A DNA stretch of 64,000 nucleotides from Candidatus Saccharimonadales bacterium (GTDB lineage: Bacteria; Patescibacteriota; Saccharimonadia; Saccharimonadales; UBA10212): contig JBEKOJ010000001.1 in the NCBI GenBank assembly GCA_049521895.1, positions 631,114 to 695,113 of the forward strand. The letters are read 5' to 3'. A model generated the notes under the pieces. The model was not told where the DNA came from and ran no database searches. It saw only the letters and a program-made list of their open reading frames with translations. This document shows positions 33,870 to 42,762 of the stretch, in pieces (position 1 is the stretch's first letter; each line of letters opens with the position of its first letter). The position numbers and the translations under genes were made by a program.

Positions 33870-34955
33870 CTAGACATTAAATCTGAACTCAACTACGTCG
33901 TCGGGTCGCATAACGTAGGTTTTGCCCTCGGTGCGGACTTTGCCGGCGGCCCGGACGGCAGCCTCTGAACCAGCGTTAATTAAATCGTTATAGTCAATAA
34001 CCTGGGCGGCAATAAAACCCCTTTCAAAATCAGTATGAATGACTCCGGCAGCTTGCGGAGCAGTGGCACCCTTAGCGATAGTCCAGGCCCGCACTTCTTT
34101 TTCGCCGGCAGTCAGAAAGCTTTGTAGACCAAGTGTGTCATACGCAGCATGAATTAGCTGGATGAGACCGCTTTCTTTTTGGCCGTAACTGGCCAGCAAC
34201 TCCTGCCTGTCTGGCTCATCGAGCCCGCGCAGTTCGCTTTCTAACTTGGCGCAGATAAAAAGCGCCGGGGCAGGCGCGACCAACTCACGCAGTTTTTGCC
34301 TACGCGCTTTGTCGTTTAAATCTGACTCGTCAATATTGAATACATAAATAACAGGCTTTGCCGTTAATAACTGCGAATCCTGTAGTAGTTGGTAATTGGT
34401 AGTTAGTAGTTCGGGATTAGAAAAAATTGGTTTATTTTGATTTAAAGATTCTTGTATCTTCAGCAGGGCATCGAACTCGGATTTTAGTTTGGGGTCGGCT
34501 TTAGCCGCTTTTTCCAGGCGGGGCAGACGGTTATTAACAGTCTGCAGATCGGCCAGGACAAGCTCGGTGTTAATTACCTCGATATCTTTTTTGGGATCGT
34601 GCTGGTTGTCGACACGCTGCACATTAGGGTCTTCAAATGCCCGCACCACTTGGCAAATAGCGTTGCAGCTGCGGATATGGCTTAAAAACTGATTGCCCAA
34701 ACCTTCGCCTTGGCTGGCGCCAGCCACCAAACCGGCAATATCCACAAACTGCACTGTAGCGGGAACAATCTTTTGAGTTTTATAAAGCTCCGCCAGCTTT
34801 TGCAGGCGCGGATCAGGCACTGGCACGATGCCGGTATTGGGCTCAATCGTAGCAAAAGGATAATTAGCCACCAGCGCGTTTGCGTCTGTCAGCGCGTTAA
34901 ATAAGGTAGACTTGCCGACGTTCGGGAGGCCTACAATCCCAATAGATAAACTCAC
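33870..34955 (-). CDS. ychF: redox-regulated ATPase YchF
   Basis: GTG start. G1 motif GIVGLPNVGKSTLFNAL. The C-terminal TGS-like domain ends in ..VEFRFNV. Confidence 0.95.
   Translation of the reverse strand: MSLSIGIVGLPNVGKSTLFNALTDANALVANYPFATIEPNTGIVPVPDPRLQKLAELYKTQKIVPATVQFVDIAGLVAGASQGEGLGNQFLSHIRSCNAICQVVRAFEDPNVQRVDNQHDPKKDIEVINTELVLADLQTVNNRLPRLEKAAKADPKLKSEFDALLKIQESLNQNKPIFSNPELLTTNYQLLQDSQLLTAKPVIYVFNIDESDLNDKARRQKLRELVAPAPALFICAKLESELRGLDEPDRQELLASYGQKESGLIQLIHAAYDTLGLQSFLTAGEKEVRAWTIAKGATAPQAAGVIHTDFERGFIAAQVIDYNDLINAGSEAAVRAAGKVRTEGKTYVMRPDDVVEFRFNV
33872..33897. repeat. direct repeat copy 2 (current ychF 3' end)
   Basis: See copy 1. The repeat period is 108 bp. Confidence 0.85.
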
Positions 34956-34962
34956 AAGCCTA

Positions 34963-34971
34963 TTCTAACAG
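34963..34971 (-). promoter_or_regulatory. extended -10 promoter of ychF (leaderless-type)
   Basis: The reverse strand reads TGTTAGAAT, ending 7 nt before GTG 34955. The same 12-mer ATCTGTTAGAAT recurs at 35631-35642 and 63839-63850. Confidence 0.55.
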
Positions 34972-35014
34972 ATTAGTATCTTGCAAAGAAAGAGATAATG
35001 TGGTAGCATAGGGT

Positions 35015-35422
35015 ATGACTAGAAATAAAACAGAATCGCAACTACGACCATCTGATCAAGCAATAGAAGAAATTTTGGGGAGGGCAAGTGCCTTAATGGT
35101 CGGATCTGCGTTAACAAAAAAGACTGGTTATTTTGATAGTGAAGATCCAATGACCGGCGATAGAGTGTCTGTAAGTTTTAATGAAGACGACTCCCTCCAG
35201 GGTGTACAAGTGACACTGCGAGAAGCTAAAAGACGCCTCGGATTTACACCGGACGGTGAAGTCAAAATGCTCTTCAGAAAAGGCTCGAAGAGCATATACA
35301 ACTTAGGTCACGGAGTAAATTCAGAACTTAGTCCTAAAGTTCAAAGACAAACAGTAGGTTATATAGCTTTATCGCGTGAAGTATTTGAATCGTTAGTCGA
35401 AGAGCCTAAACAGTTGCAATAG
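35015..35422 (+). CDS. hypothetical protein (cassette ORF between the two copies of the ychF 5' end)
   Basis: 135-aa AT-rich ORF with no recognisable motif. Confidence 0.5.
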   Translation: MTRNKTESQLRPSDQAIEEILGRASALMVGSALTKKTGYFDSEDPMTGDRVSVSFNEDDSLQGVQVTLREAKRRLGFTPDGEVKMLFRKGSKSIYNLGHGVNSELSPKVQRQTVGYIALSREVFESLVEEPKQLQ

Positions 35423-35431
35423 ACTTAATCT

Positions 35432-35509
35432 TTAGTTGTAGATCACTGCATTAAATAAAGTGGATTTGCCGACATTCGGGAGCCCAATGATTGCAATCGG
35501 AAGACTCAT
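35432..35509 (-). pseudogene. relic duplicate of the ychF 5' end (first 22 codons, then stop)
   Basis: The reverse strand reads ATG AGT CTT CCG ATT GCA ATC ATT GGG CTC CCG AAT GTC GGC AAA TCC ACT TTA TTT AAT GCA = MSLPIAIIGLPNVGKSTLFNA.., against the real MSLSIGIVGLPNVGKSTLFNA. Identity is about 75% at the nucleotide level. A GGTGGAG RBS lies upstream. Confidence 0.8.
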
Positions 35510-35532
35510 TCGGCTCCACCAATCTTTTCCCA

Positions 35533-35599
35533 CCCCGCACTAAAACTCGAAGTTACGTAATCTGATTGCAGACTACTCCACTCGGGTTTTAGGGCGGGG
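35533..35599. repeat. palindromic repeat family 2 copy
   Basis: CCCCGCACTAAAACTCGAAG..AATCTGATTGCAGACTACTCC..CTCGGGTTTTAGGGCGGGG. Confidence 0.65.
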
Positions 35600-35726
35600 C
35601 AAGCAATCCCGATACTCAAGGCCATAGAGTTATTCTAACAGATAAGAGTTGGTTATAAGTACCTTAGCTATTGCCGTTGAGAGGCATTATAGTTATGCTT
35701 AAACCAAGAATTAACGAGAGGTAGGT

Positions 35727-36293
35727 ATGAAATCCAAAGATCAACAAGGCTTCGCGGTACTGGAATGGGTACTGATTTTAGTAATCATAGGTATCTTAGC
35801 TGGCACCGGCTGGTACGTTTACCAAGCCAGGGGTAATGCCAACGACAACCTAAACCTAGCTGCTGGAACCAGTGTGGCGGTTAAAGGCACGCCCAAGAAG
35901 ACTACGGCCAAGACAACTACGCCCGTAATTTCCGCGTCGCTCAAAGAAAATACCGCAGCCGCTATCAGCTCTGGCAATACCGCTGCGCTGGAAGGTTACA
36001 TGGCCAGCTCGGTCAATGTGGTGATTGCCGGGTCGGAAAAATCCGGCGCCGAAACAGCCGCCCAGGCAGTCAGCGATCTTAGCTATTTAAATGCAGGCAC
36101 TGCGCCCTGGAATTTCTCAGTGCCAGCCGCCACACTAACAACCTGGCAAAACGGGTCCTACAAACAGTACTTCGGGGCTAATACCACCATTGTTGGCGAG
36201 TCAGCCAACAGCTATGTGGTTTCATTCGGCGTTAACACTAGTGGCAAAATAGACACCGTCTTTATGTCCGCCAGCGCCGACCAGCTCCAGTAA
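35727..36293 (+). CDS. type IV pilin-like protein (prepilin-type N-terminus)
   Basis: The leader MKSKDQQG is followed by FAVLEWVLILVIIGILAG, with Glu at +5 after Gly-Phe. Confidence 0.65.
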   Translation: MKSKDQQGFAVLEWVLILVIIGILAGTGWYVYQARGNANDNLNLAAGTSVAVKGTPKKTTAKTTTPVISASLKENTAAAISSGNTAALEGYMASSVNVVIAGSEKSGAETAAQAVSDLSYLNAGTAPWNFSVPAATLTTWQNGSYKQYFGANTTIVGESANSYVVSFGVNTSGKIDTVFMSASADQLQ

Positions 36294-36294
36294 G

Positions 36295-38796
36295 CTAATC
36301 CCTTGCCGCGTAGGCTAAGACAACGGTGGTTGTCATAGCAATGCTGAAACCTATTACGTATATATCAGGCACCCGCAGATCCTGGTCGGCAGCAGTATTG
36401 GTTATTGAATGGCCCGCTGTTTTGCTGGTACCGGAAGCCAGAACCATGGGCGTGGAGGTGCTAGACTGGCCCGTAGTTTGACTTTGAGCAGGGGTGCTGG
36501 ATTCTGTTCTGTTACTTTCGGCATTGTTATCGTTCAGATTGCTGGAGACATCAGCCACATACACTGTTTTGTAAATATCAACTGGCTGGCCCGTGATATC
36601 CGTGCCGTAAAAATGCAGGCTATGATAGCCGGCAGAGACACCATCCGAAATAGTTATTTGTGCCGAGAGATTACCCATGGAGTCGGTGGTAAAGTTACCG
36701 AGTGCAACCGGCTCAGAATGAATGACAGCCGTCAGCTCACTTAATGGCTGCAGAGAATGGCTCAAGCCATTGATAGTTACGCTGGTAAGCGTGCCCTTGT
36801 AGAAGGTGTCATCAGATATATCAGGGTCATATTGCGCGACGTTTATGGCACGGTTGCTTTTAGAGATATTCAGTATGGCCAGACCTGATTCATCGGGCGG
36901 CATGGCACTCGGATTAGCTGTTGGCATTGGTTGGTTAAGATTTTGCGTGGCTGCCACTACTGCTTGTGCTAGCAGCTGGTGGCCGAGGTAATTTGGGTGG
37001 TAGCTTTCGTCACCGATGGGTCCGCCCAGCGAGCTAGGCCGGTCATTACCGGCAGTTAGGCCGTTGACGGCTACAGAGTAGCTGTTAGTTTCGCAGAGCA
37101 TGTGGCCATCCAGGGCGTGCTGCGTATCAACATAAATTACGCCGGCCCTGTTAGCTGCCGTCTGAACTACACTGTCCAAATAAGAAATTAGCCGAGCCGC
37201 AAAGTCTATCTCTTGGGCGTCCAAATGGACATTGTCAGCGCAGTCGCCGCTGGGTTTGACAATTTGCGGATAGCCGATAACATAAATGCGCGCGTCTGGC
37301 GCCCCGGCATTTTTAGCGCGCTGATAAGTATCCACTAACTTTGGAAAAACCGAGCTGTTGATTTGCCGCACCAGCTCTAAGCGGTCTTCGTAGGTGTTAT
37401 AACAGGTTCCCGGCATAACACAGTCTTTGAGGATCGAAGAAAAACCTATGTCATTGCCACCAGCCGATATGGTAATAATTTTCGGCTGATAGCGGGCGAT
37501 GAAACTATTTTGGTAGATATACCCGGGCAGAAAACTGGATAATATTGCGGCTAGTTGGTCTTTAGTCCGTGAGCCTTGCTTGATTTTTGGCCGAGCCTGG
37601 CCCATATAGTCCGCTCTAGAATTATTTATATCATTGGTTGTGGCACCCGAGCAGGCCACCGAGCGGTAGGAATCATAGCCCAGGTTGTAACCGAGCAAAT
37701 AGGGGTACGAAATTACAGAAATGTGGCATTTATTATCGCTGGTATCCGTGCCGGCCAGATAATTAAAAGCACCCTCGCCGGAAATATAAGAATCACCCAG
37801 TGTCAAATAATCCAGTTGGTGCAGGCCACCACCAGCAGTGCTCAGTATGTATTTAGACGTTGTTTGCATGGCGTCCAGGACGGCAGAAGCGTATAGGCCT
37901 AAAGTGTCATCATCAATGAATCTGATATTGCTGGCCCTAGTAAAACCAGCGACCTGGTCTTCCATGAAACTTTTGAGGTCGCGCGACTGGCAAGCAACCG
38001 GGCCGGTGATGTGAAATGGCACTGGGCCGCAGGTGCTAAGGTCGTAAATCTTAAAAAAATAGAAGTTTTTCGAGGCGACTACCGCATAGCGGCCGTCGTT
38101 GGTAATAGCTGTTTGCAAAGTGGGGTCAAGGCCGATTGTGTAATCAAAACCAACGGCAAACGGGGTAACCTCAAAAGTATTCAAATTGACACGCAGCAGG
38201 GCGCCATTGGGCTCCGATGCTACCATCCACTGGCCGTTGCTGGAAAAACTCATAGAATCGTAATCCACAGCTAACAAATGTCCGCTTTGGTCAGCCAGCT
38301 TGCCATCCGGTGGGCGGTTTATATCATATTTATATTCCCAATCTACCCCATTAAAGTATCTATTAAAATCAATCGAGCTGTTAAAGTTGCGGTTGAAATA
38401 GTAGTAAGCACCGTACGGTGGCTCTAGTGTATAGGTGAGGACAGTGTTGGAGCCGGGGATGGCTTGAAAGTACTGTTGGTTATCCAGGTAGCTATACACT
38501 GGGTAGTATCTCGTAGTTCCGTTTAGCAAAACCCGGCCGTTGGAGCTGGCCATGCCGTAAGCAGTTGGTATGTCGCAATATGTTTCGTATGTTTGCTGGC
38601 AATCAATGTTGCCATTGAGAGAGTAGGGAATAAATGAGAGGCTAGTCTCGCCTTGCAGGTGCAGAAGCGAGTTATTGAGCCACCCTGAGGGATTGTCGGC
38701 ACTACTCGTCAGGACAAGAACACTTAGTAGCAAGACCGCGGTAACGGATAAGGCTCCACCCAGACAAAGGCCAAAAGCCCATCGGGATTTAAACAT
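36295..38796 (-). CDS. secreted SGNH/GDSL-family esterase/lipase with large N-terminal and C-terminal accessory domains and a C-terminal TM anchor
   Basis: Signal peptide. Block I LTLGDSYISGEG, block III ITISAGGNDIGF, block V DESYHPNYLGH. C-terminal hydrophobic tail IGFSIAMTTTVVLAYAA. Confidence 0.8.
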   Translation of the reverse strand: MFKSRWAFGLCLGGALSVTAVLLLSVLVLTSSADNPSGWLNNSLLHLQGETSLSFIPYSLNGNIDCQQTYETYCDIPTAYGMASSNGRVLLNGTTRYYPVYSYLDNQQYFQAIPGSNTVLTYTLEPPYGAYYYFNRNFNSSIDFNRYFNGVDWEYKYDINRPPDGKLADQSGHLLAVDYDSMSFSSNGQWMVASEPNGALLRVNLNTFEVTPFAVGFDYTIGLDPTLQTAITNDGRYAVVASKNFYFFKIYDLSTCGPVPFHITGPVACQSRDLKSFMEDQVAGFTRASNIRFIDDDTLGLYASAVLDAMQTTSKYILSTAGGGLHQLDYLTLGDSYISGEGAFNYLAGTDTSDNKCHISVISYPYLLGYNLGYDSYRSVACSGATTNDINNSRADYMGQARPKIKQGSRTKDQLAAILSSFLPGYIYQNSFIARYQPKIITISAGGNDIGFSSILKDCVMPGTCYNTYEDRLELVRQINSSVFPKLVDTYQRAKNAGAPDARIYVIGYPQIVKPSGDCADNVHLDAQEIDFAARLISYLDSVVQTAANRAGVIYVDTQHALDGHMLCETNSYSVAVNGLTAGNDRPSSLGGPIGDESYHPNYLGHQLLAQAVVAATQNLNQPMPTANPSAMPPDESGLAILNISKSNRAINVAQYDPDISDDTFYKGTLTSVTINGLSHSLQPLSELTAVIHSEPVALGNFTTDSMGNLSAQITISDGVSAGYHSLHFYGTDITGQPVDIYKTVYVADVSSNLNDNNAESNRTESSTPAQSQTTGQSSTSTPMVLASGTSKTAGHSITNTAADQDLRVPDIYVIGFSIAMTTTVVLAYAARD

Positions 38797-38919
38797 AAGC
38801 TTATAATTGACAATCAGTCAAATAATAGCATATTCTAAGCTAATTCCCAGCCAACGGACCCAGAAACTTGCAAAAACACAAGAAGTATGCTAATGTAACA
38901 GAGTAAATTAAAAACAAAA

Positions 38920-40134
38920 ATGCCCACCGATAACTCACAACCTACCGTTGAGACTAAACCCGGACGCCGGGGTGCCGGTTTGAAGAGAACAGTCGCCGGA
39001 ATAGTAGGGGCTGCAGCTTTTGGAGGTTTGGGTGTTGCCTCTGCCAACGCTCAGACCGAAGGGCATTCATTAAAAGCGCACGAGGCTAACAGGGCGGAGC
39101 TGGTGACGCCCAACAAATTGCCGGGGTATGGCATAGAAGTCAACCCTGCGACCATAGAGCAGCTAGAACAATCAACGGTCGAAGTAATGACCAGCTCAGG
39201 ATCCCCAGGTTGTACCGGCGCCAAAATAGACTTTAACGGCGAGAAGTTTGTCGTAACGGCTGCCCATTGCGAGGCTGGTCTGACGGGTGTAGCCGACGGG
39301 GCGTTCCATTTGCCGGATGCAAGCGTTAAAGCCAAAGACTATATTAAACTATCCAACCTTAATTATGTCATTGGTGACCCAATGGTACCAACCAGCGAAC
39401 GCTGGCAACAACCCTCCGGTTTCGTAACAGGCATATCTGTATCTACCGCGGATCAAGATATAGCTCTGCTTCAGGTCGGGGGCAACGGCTTCAAACCGGG
39501 AGCCGTTACCGCCGGCTCTCAGCATCAACCGGATGCTCCGGACCGTGCCCAGCCAACAGTCCGGAGGGGTTTCGATCAGATAAACTACATGGACTATTCG
39601 AAAGAAGATCAGCCAGGTTATGAACCGATCCCCGGGCAAGAGGTTGCAGTGTTTGGTGTGCCGCAGGCAGCTAATTTTGAGCCGGTGATGGGCAAAGGGG
39701 TATATCTGGGCAGGTTTACCTATCGAAACAAAAATGGCTCCACGCGTCTGATGGATTATGCAGCGCTCAATACGCAGGGCATTAACTATGATGCCTGCAA
39801 TTTCGGGGCCAGTGGTTCGGTTTTCGCTGCCAACATCAACGGCGGTAAAGAAGTTTTTACCTCTGGTCCGCTGAGCGTAAGATACAACGTCCGCTATGAT
39901 CCCTATAACACTGCTTACATCCCTCCGCCGGAAGGAAGCGGTATCCAACCTGGCGTTGCCTACAATCTGGAGGTCGAGAGGGAGTGGTGGAGCTACCTAC
40001 AGACCACGACCGGGATCAATCTTAGCTCATTTGATACAGTATGCGGCTATACGGTAGTTGAGGACTTACTGCCAGGTCTTGTAGCTGGTATCGGTCAGTA
40101 TGCCGGCCCCGAAGACCTTGCCAACTCCGGATAA
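38920..40134 (+). CDS. secreted trypsin-like (S1 family) serine protease
   Basis: N-terminal RR-containing signal. Catalytic triad context: VVTAAHC (His), DIALLQV (Asp), CNFGASGSVF (Ser). Confidence 0.7.
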   Translation: MPTDNSQPTVETKPGRRGAGLKRTVAGIVGAAAFGGLGVASANAQTEGHSLKAHEANRAELVTPNKLPGYGIEVNPATIEQLEQSTVEVMTSSGSPGCTGAKIDFNGEKFVVTAAHCEAGLTGVADGAFHLPDASVKAKDYIKLSNLNYVIGDPMVPTSERWQQPSGFVTGISVSTADQDIALLQVGGNGFKPGAVTAGSQHQPDAPDRAQPTVRRGFDQINYMDYSKEDQPGYEPIPGQEVAVFGVPQAANFEPVMGKGVYLGRFTYRNKNGSTRLMDYAALNTQGINYDACNFGASGSVFAANINGGKEVFTSGPLSVRYNVRYDPYNTAYIPPPEGSGIQPGVAYNLEVEREWWSYLQTTTGINLSSFDTVCGYTVVEDLLPGLVAGIGQYAGPEDLANSG

Positions 40135-40192
40135 GTAGCTAGAAGATCAAGCGCGGGGCAACTATAGATGCAGGCTGAAGCTCGAAGAGTGA

Positions 40193-40222
40193 AATACTTA
40201 ACTTGTTAAGTATTTTTGGTAT
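40193..40222 (+). terminator. intrinsic terminator after the trypsin-like protease gene
   Basis: AATACTTAAC-TTG-TTAAGTATT followed by TTTGG. Coordinates are approximate to within a few nt. Confidence 0.6.
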
Positions 40223-40442
40223 GGGTCTGGGCATAAGGAGTCAACCTGAGTAGATGTTGTTAAAACCAGGCGGCCTTGGGTGCTAAAGCATGTCCGACGA
40301 AGTCAAATAGTTAGGGACTATTTGACGAGGAGTTCTTTAGCAAGCCTAGTTTTAATTCAACAGCTACATCAAGTTGGCAACGCGCCCAGCAGCTTTGCTA
40401 CTTTGGGTGGCCAAAGTAGAAAATGTTATATACTGCTTATGT

Positions 40443-41498
40443 ATGATGAAAATCGCGGCAGTGAAAAAACGCTTTGCATCGGTTGGCGTAGTCGTGGTCG
40501 CGGCATTTTTTGCGCTGGCCCCGGCGGTTTATGCCGATACCTTCCCATATCTTAAAGCGTTTGGTGGCGATAGCTGGGCTGGCGGCGCATACGTGAGCAA
40601 TGGCGGTTGTAGCACCTCGGGCGCCTATCAAGATCCGGCCAACGGCGGCAATAAGGACTCCGGTGGCATTTTGACTTATGCTAATAGCTCCGGCGGTGGC
40701 TCTTCTGATGAATTCGGAGCGCTGTCACTGGGCGTGATAGACAATAGCGCTACTAACTATGGCTTTTACAGCGATGGCCATGATGCTTCGTCCAGCCCTA
40801 AATTAAGTTTCGCTAATACTAACGGCGGCTTGGGCGGGCAATTTGAAGGCACTACCCAACAAGCGCACTGCATACCCAATTATTACGATAGCAAAATTCA
40901 GGGGACACCGGTGGCCTTTGGCGGTAACTACAGTGCCTCAGGCCAGTTTCAAGTCGTCCCAGCCGCCACCTTGAGCGGTGGAACAGTATCGGCCGGCACG
41001 GACCTGACACTGTTTGTTAACGGCAATGTTTATATTGGTGGCAACGTAACATATGGCAGTTATACTGAGGCCAGCGTGCCCAAGTTTGCGTTGGTAGTAA
41101 AAGGTAACATTTACATTGCTCCGTCGGTTACTCAACTGGACGGCGTCTACATTGCCCAGCCTACCAGCGGCACGACTGCGGGGGTTATTTGGACCTGCTA
41201 CGACACGACACCCTCGGCCTCTAATTCTACTTACGGTCCCTGGATACACGATAACTGCCAGCAGAAACTGACCGTTAACGGCGCGTTGATTGCCCAGCAG
41301 GTTAATTTCTTACGGGTGCCTGCCAATAGTAACGTCAGTGCAGTATCCCCCAGCGCCAGCGAGAGCGCTACCAGTAATAACGCCGCGGAAGTCATCAACT
41401 ACACGCCCAGCATGGTCATTGGCGGACCCTTCTTTAACCCTCCCGCGTCATCCAGTTTGAAGATAGAGAGTTTAGTAAGCTTGCCGCCGCTGTATTAG
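40443..41498 (+). CDS. secreted hypothetical protein (Gly/Asn/Ser-rich, beta-rich)
   Basis: Start at ATG 40443, 8 nt after the -10 TATACT. Signal peptide MMKIAAVKKRFASVGVVVVAAFFALAPAVYA. Confidence 0.6.
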   Translation: MMKIAAVKKRFASVGVVVVAAFFALAPAVYADTFPYLKAFGGDSWAGGAYVSNGGCSTSGAYQDPANGGNKDSGGILTYANSSGGGSSDEFGALSLGVIDNSATNYGFYSDGHDASSSPKLSFANTNGGLGGQFEGTTQQAHCIPNYYDSKIQGTPVAFGGNYSASGQFQVVPAATLSGGTVSAGTDLTLFVNGNVYIGGNVTYGSYTEASVPKFALVVKGNIYIAPSVTQLDGVYIAQPTSGTTAGVIWTCYDTTPSASNSTYGPWIHDNCQQKLTVNGALIAQQVNFLRVPANSNVSAVSPSASESATSNNAAEVINYTPSMVIGGPFFNPPASSSLKIESLVSLPPLY

Positions 41499-41499
41499 T

Positions 41500-41534
41500 G
41501 CTCAATGTTCAAGTGCCAATATTCAATGATTTTG
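41500..41534. repeat. short heptad tract
   Basis: GCTCAAT GTTCAAG TGCCAAT ATTCAAT GATTTTG, immediately after the stop of the 40443-41498 gene. Confidence 0.6.
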
Positions 41535-41554
41535 GTTTTACCTCATTACCCTTA

Positions 41555-41565
41555 TGCTATATAAT
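41555..41565 (+). promoter_or_regulatory. extended -10 promoter of the pilMNO operon
   Basis: TGCTATATAAT in the shared context CCCTTATGCTATA. Confidence 0.55.
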
Positions 41566-41581
41566 CGGAACTGATTATGAG

Positions 41582-41721
41582 TCCCGTTAGACCTTACTTA
41601 AGCTACCAAAGTTTCTTTGAAATTCTAGGTGGGTTAACTTCCGTATCAGCCAGAAAGACTAAACTTGTGGGTATAGCCCGACATATAAAGCACCGTAAGC
41701 TTTCTGGAGTCTAACGGAATG
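41582..41721 (+). promoter_or_regulatory. conserved structured 5' leader of pilM
   Basis: The 5' segment TCCCGTTAGACCTTACTTAAGCTACCA is homologous to 44604-44630. CCGTTAGAC (41584-41592) is complementary to GTCTAACGG (41709-41717), which abuts the ATG. Confidence 0.5.
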
Positions 41722-42762
41722 AGTTTACTGAGTGGGATATCTGATTTCTTCGGACTGGACATCGGTACGACGGCTCTACGCGTAGTGGAGCTAAAGGGTT
41801 CAGGACCGGTTAAAACGCTGCAGCATTATGGCCAGACTGCACTGGAGGGAACTTTGGCCATTAGCGACGCCAAGGTTGACCGCCAAAAGGTAGCCCTGGA
41901 AATCCATAATTTGGTGAAAAAAGTTGGTATAACCACTAGTAATGTAGCCGTAAACCTACCTTCCAGCCGAGTCTTTACGGCCGTAGTGGACCTAAACAAA
42001 ATGCCCGCTGCCGAACTGGCAAAAACTATCCGTTATCAGGCGCAAACTTTTATTCCAACTCCTTTAGCGCAGTCTAAAATCGACTGGGCAGTCATTGGCC
42101 CTTCGCCAAAAAACGCCAGCAAAATGGAAATACTGCTTTCCAGCGTATCGAATGATCTTATAGAACCACGCCTGGATATGCTGGAAGCCGCCGGGCTAAA
42201 TGTAGTGGCTTTTGAACCGGACAGCATGGCGCTGGCGCGGGCAATGATCCCGGCTGACGCCACTACCCCGGAAATGGTGCTGGACGTCGGTGCTAGCTCT
42301 ACCGATTTGGTGATTACCTTGGCTGGCACACCCAGACTCACCAGGGCAATTCCCATTGGCTCACAGGCGATTATTCGCTCCGCCGTACAATCATTGGGAG
42401 TAGAGCCGGCGCAGGCCGAACAGTTCGTTTTCAAGTTCGGTCTGGGCAAGGATAAGCTGGAAGGCCAAGTCTATAACGCCATTATTGGCACTATAGACTC
42501 TTTGGTCAACGAAATCGAAAAATCCATTGCGTTTTTCCAGGAACGTTACACTAATATGCGTCTGGATAGGATTATTGTGACTGGTGGAGCCTCGGCGCTG
42601 CCGGAATTTCCGTTATATATTGCCAACAAGTTCGGTTTGAATGTTGAGATTGGCAACGCTTGGCGGAATGTCAGTTTTCCGTCGGCGCGTCAGAACGAAC
42701 TGCTAAGCGTATCCAACCATTTCGCGGTCGCCGTAGGGCTGGCAGAGAGGACTGGGCCATGA
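41719..42762 (+). CDS. pilM: type IV pilus assembly protein PilM (actin-like ATPase fold)
   Basis: FGLDIGTTALRVVELK.. N-terminus and ..IIVTGGASALPEFPLYI. Followed by pilN/pilO-like genes. Confidence 0.88.
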   Translation: MSLLSGISDFFGLDIGTTALRVVELKGSGPVKTLQHYGQTALEGTLAISDAKVDRQKVALEIHNLVKKVGITTSNVAVNLPSSRVFTAVVDLNKMPAAELAKTIRYQAQTFIPTPLAQSKIDWAVIGPSPKNASKMEILLSSVSNDLIEPRLDMLEAAGLNVVAFEPDSMALARAMIPADATTPEMVLDVGASSTDLVITLAGTPRLTRAIPIGSQAIIRSAVQSLGVEPAQAEQFVFKFGLGKDKLEGQVYNAIIGTIDSLVNEIEKSIAFFQERYTNMRLDRIIVTGGASALPEFPLYIANKFGLNVEIGNAWRNVSFPSARQNELLSVSNHFAVAVGLAERTGP

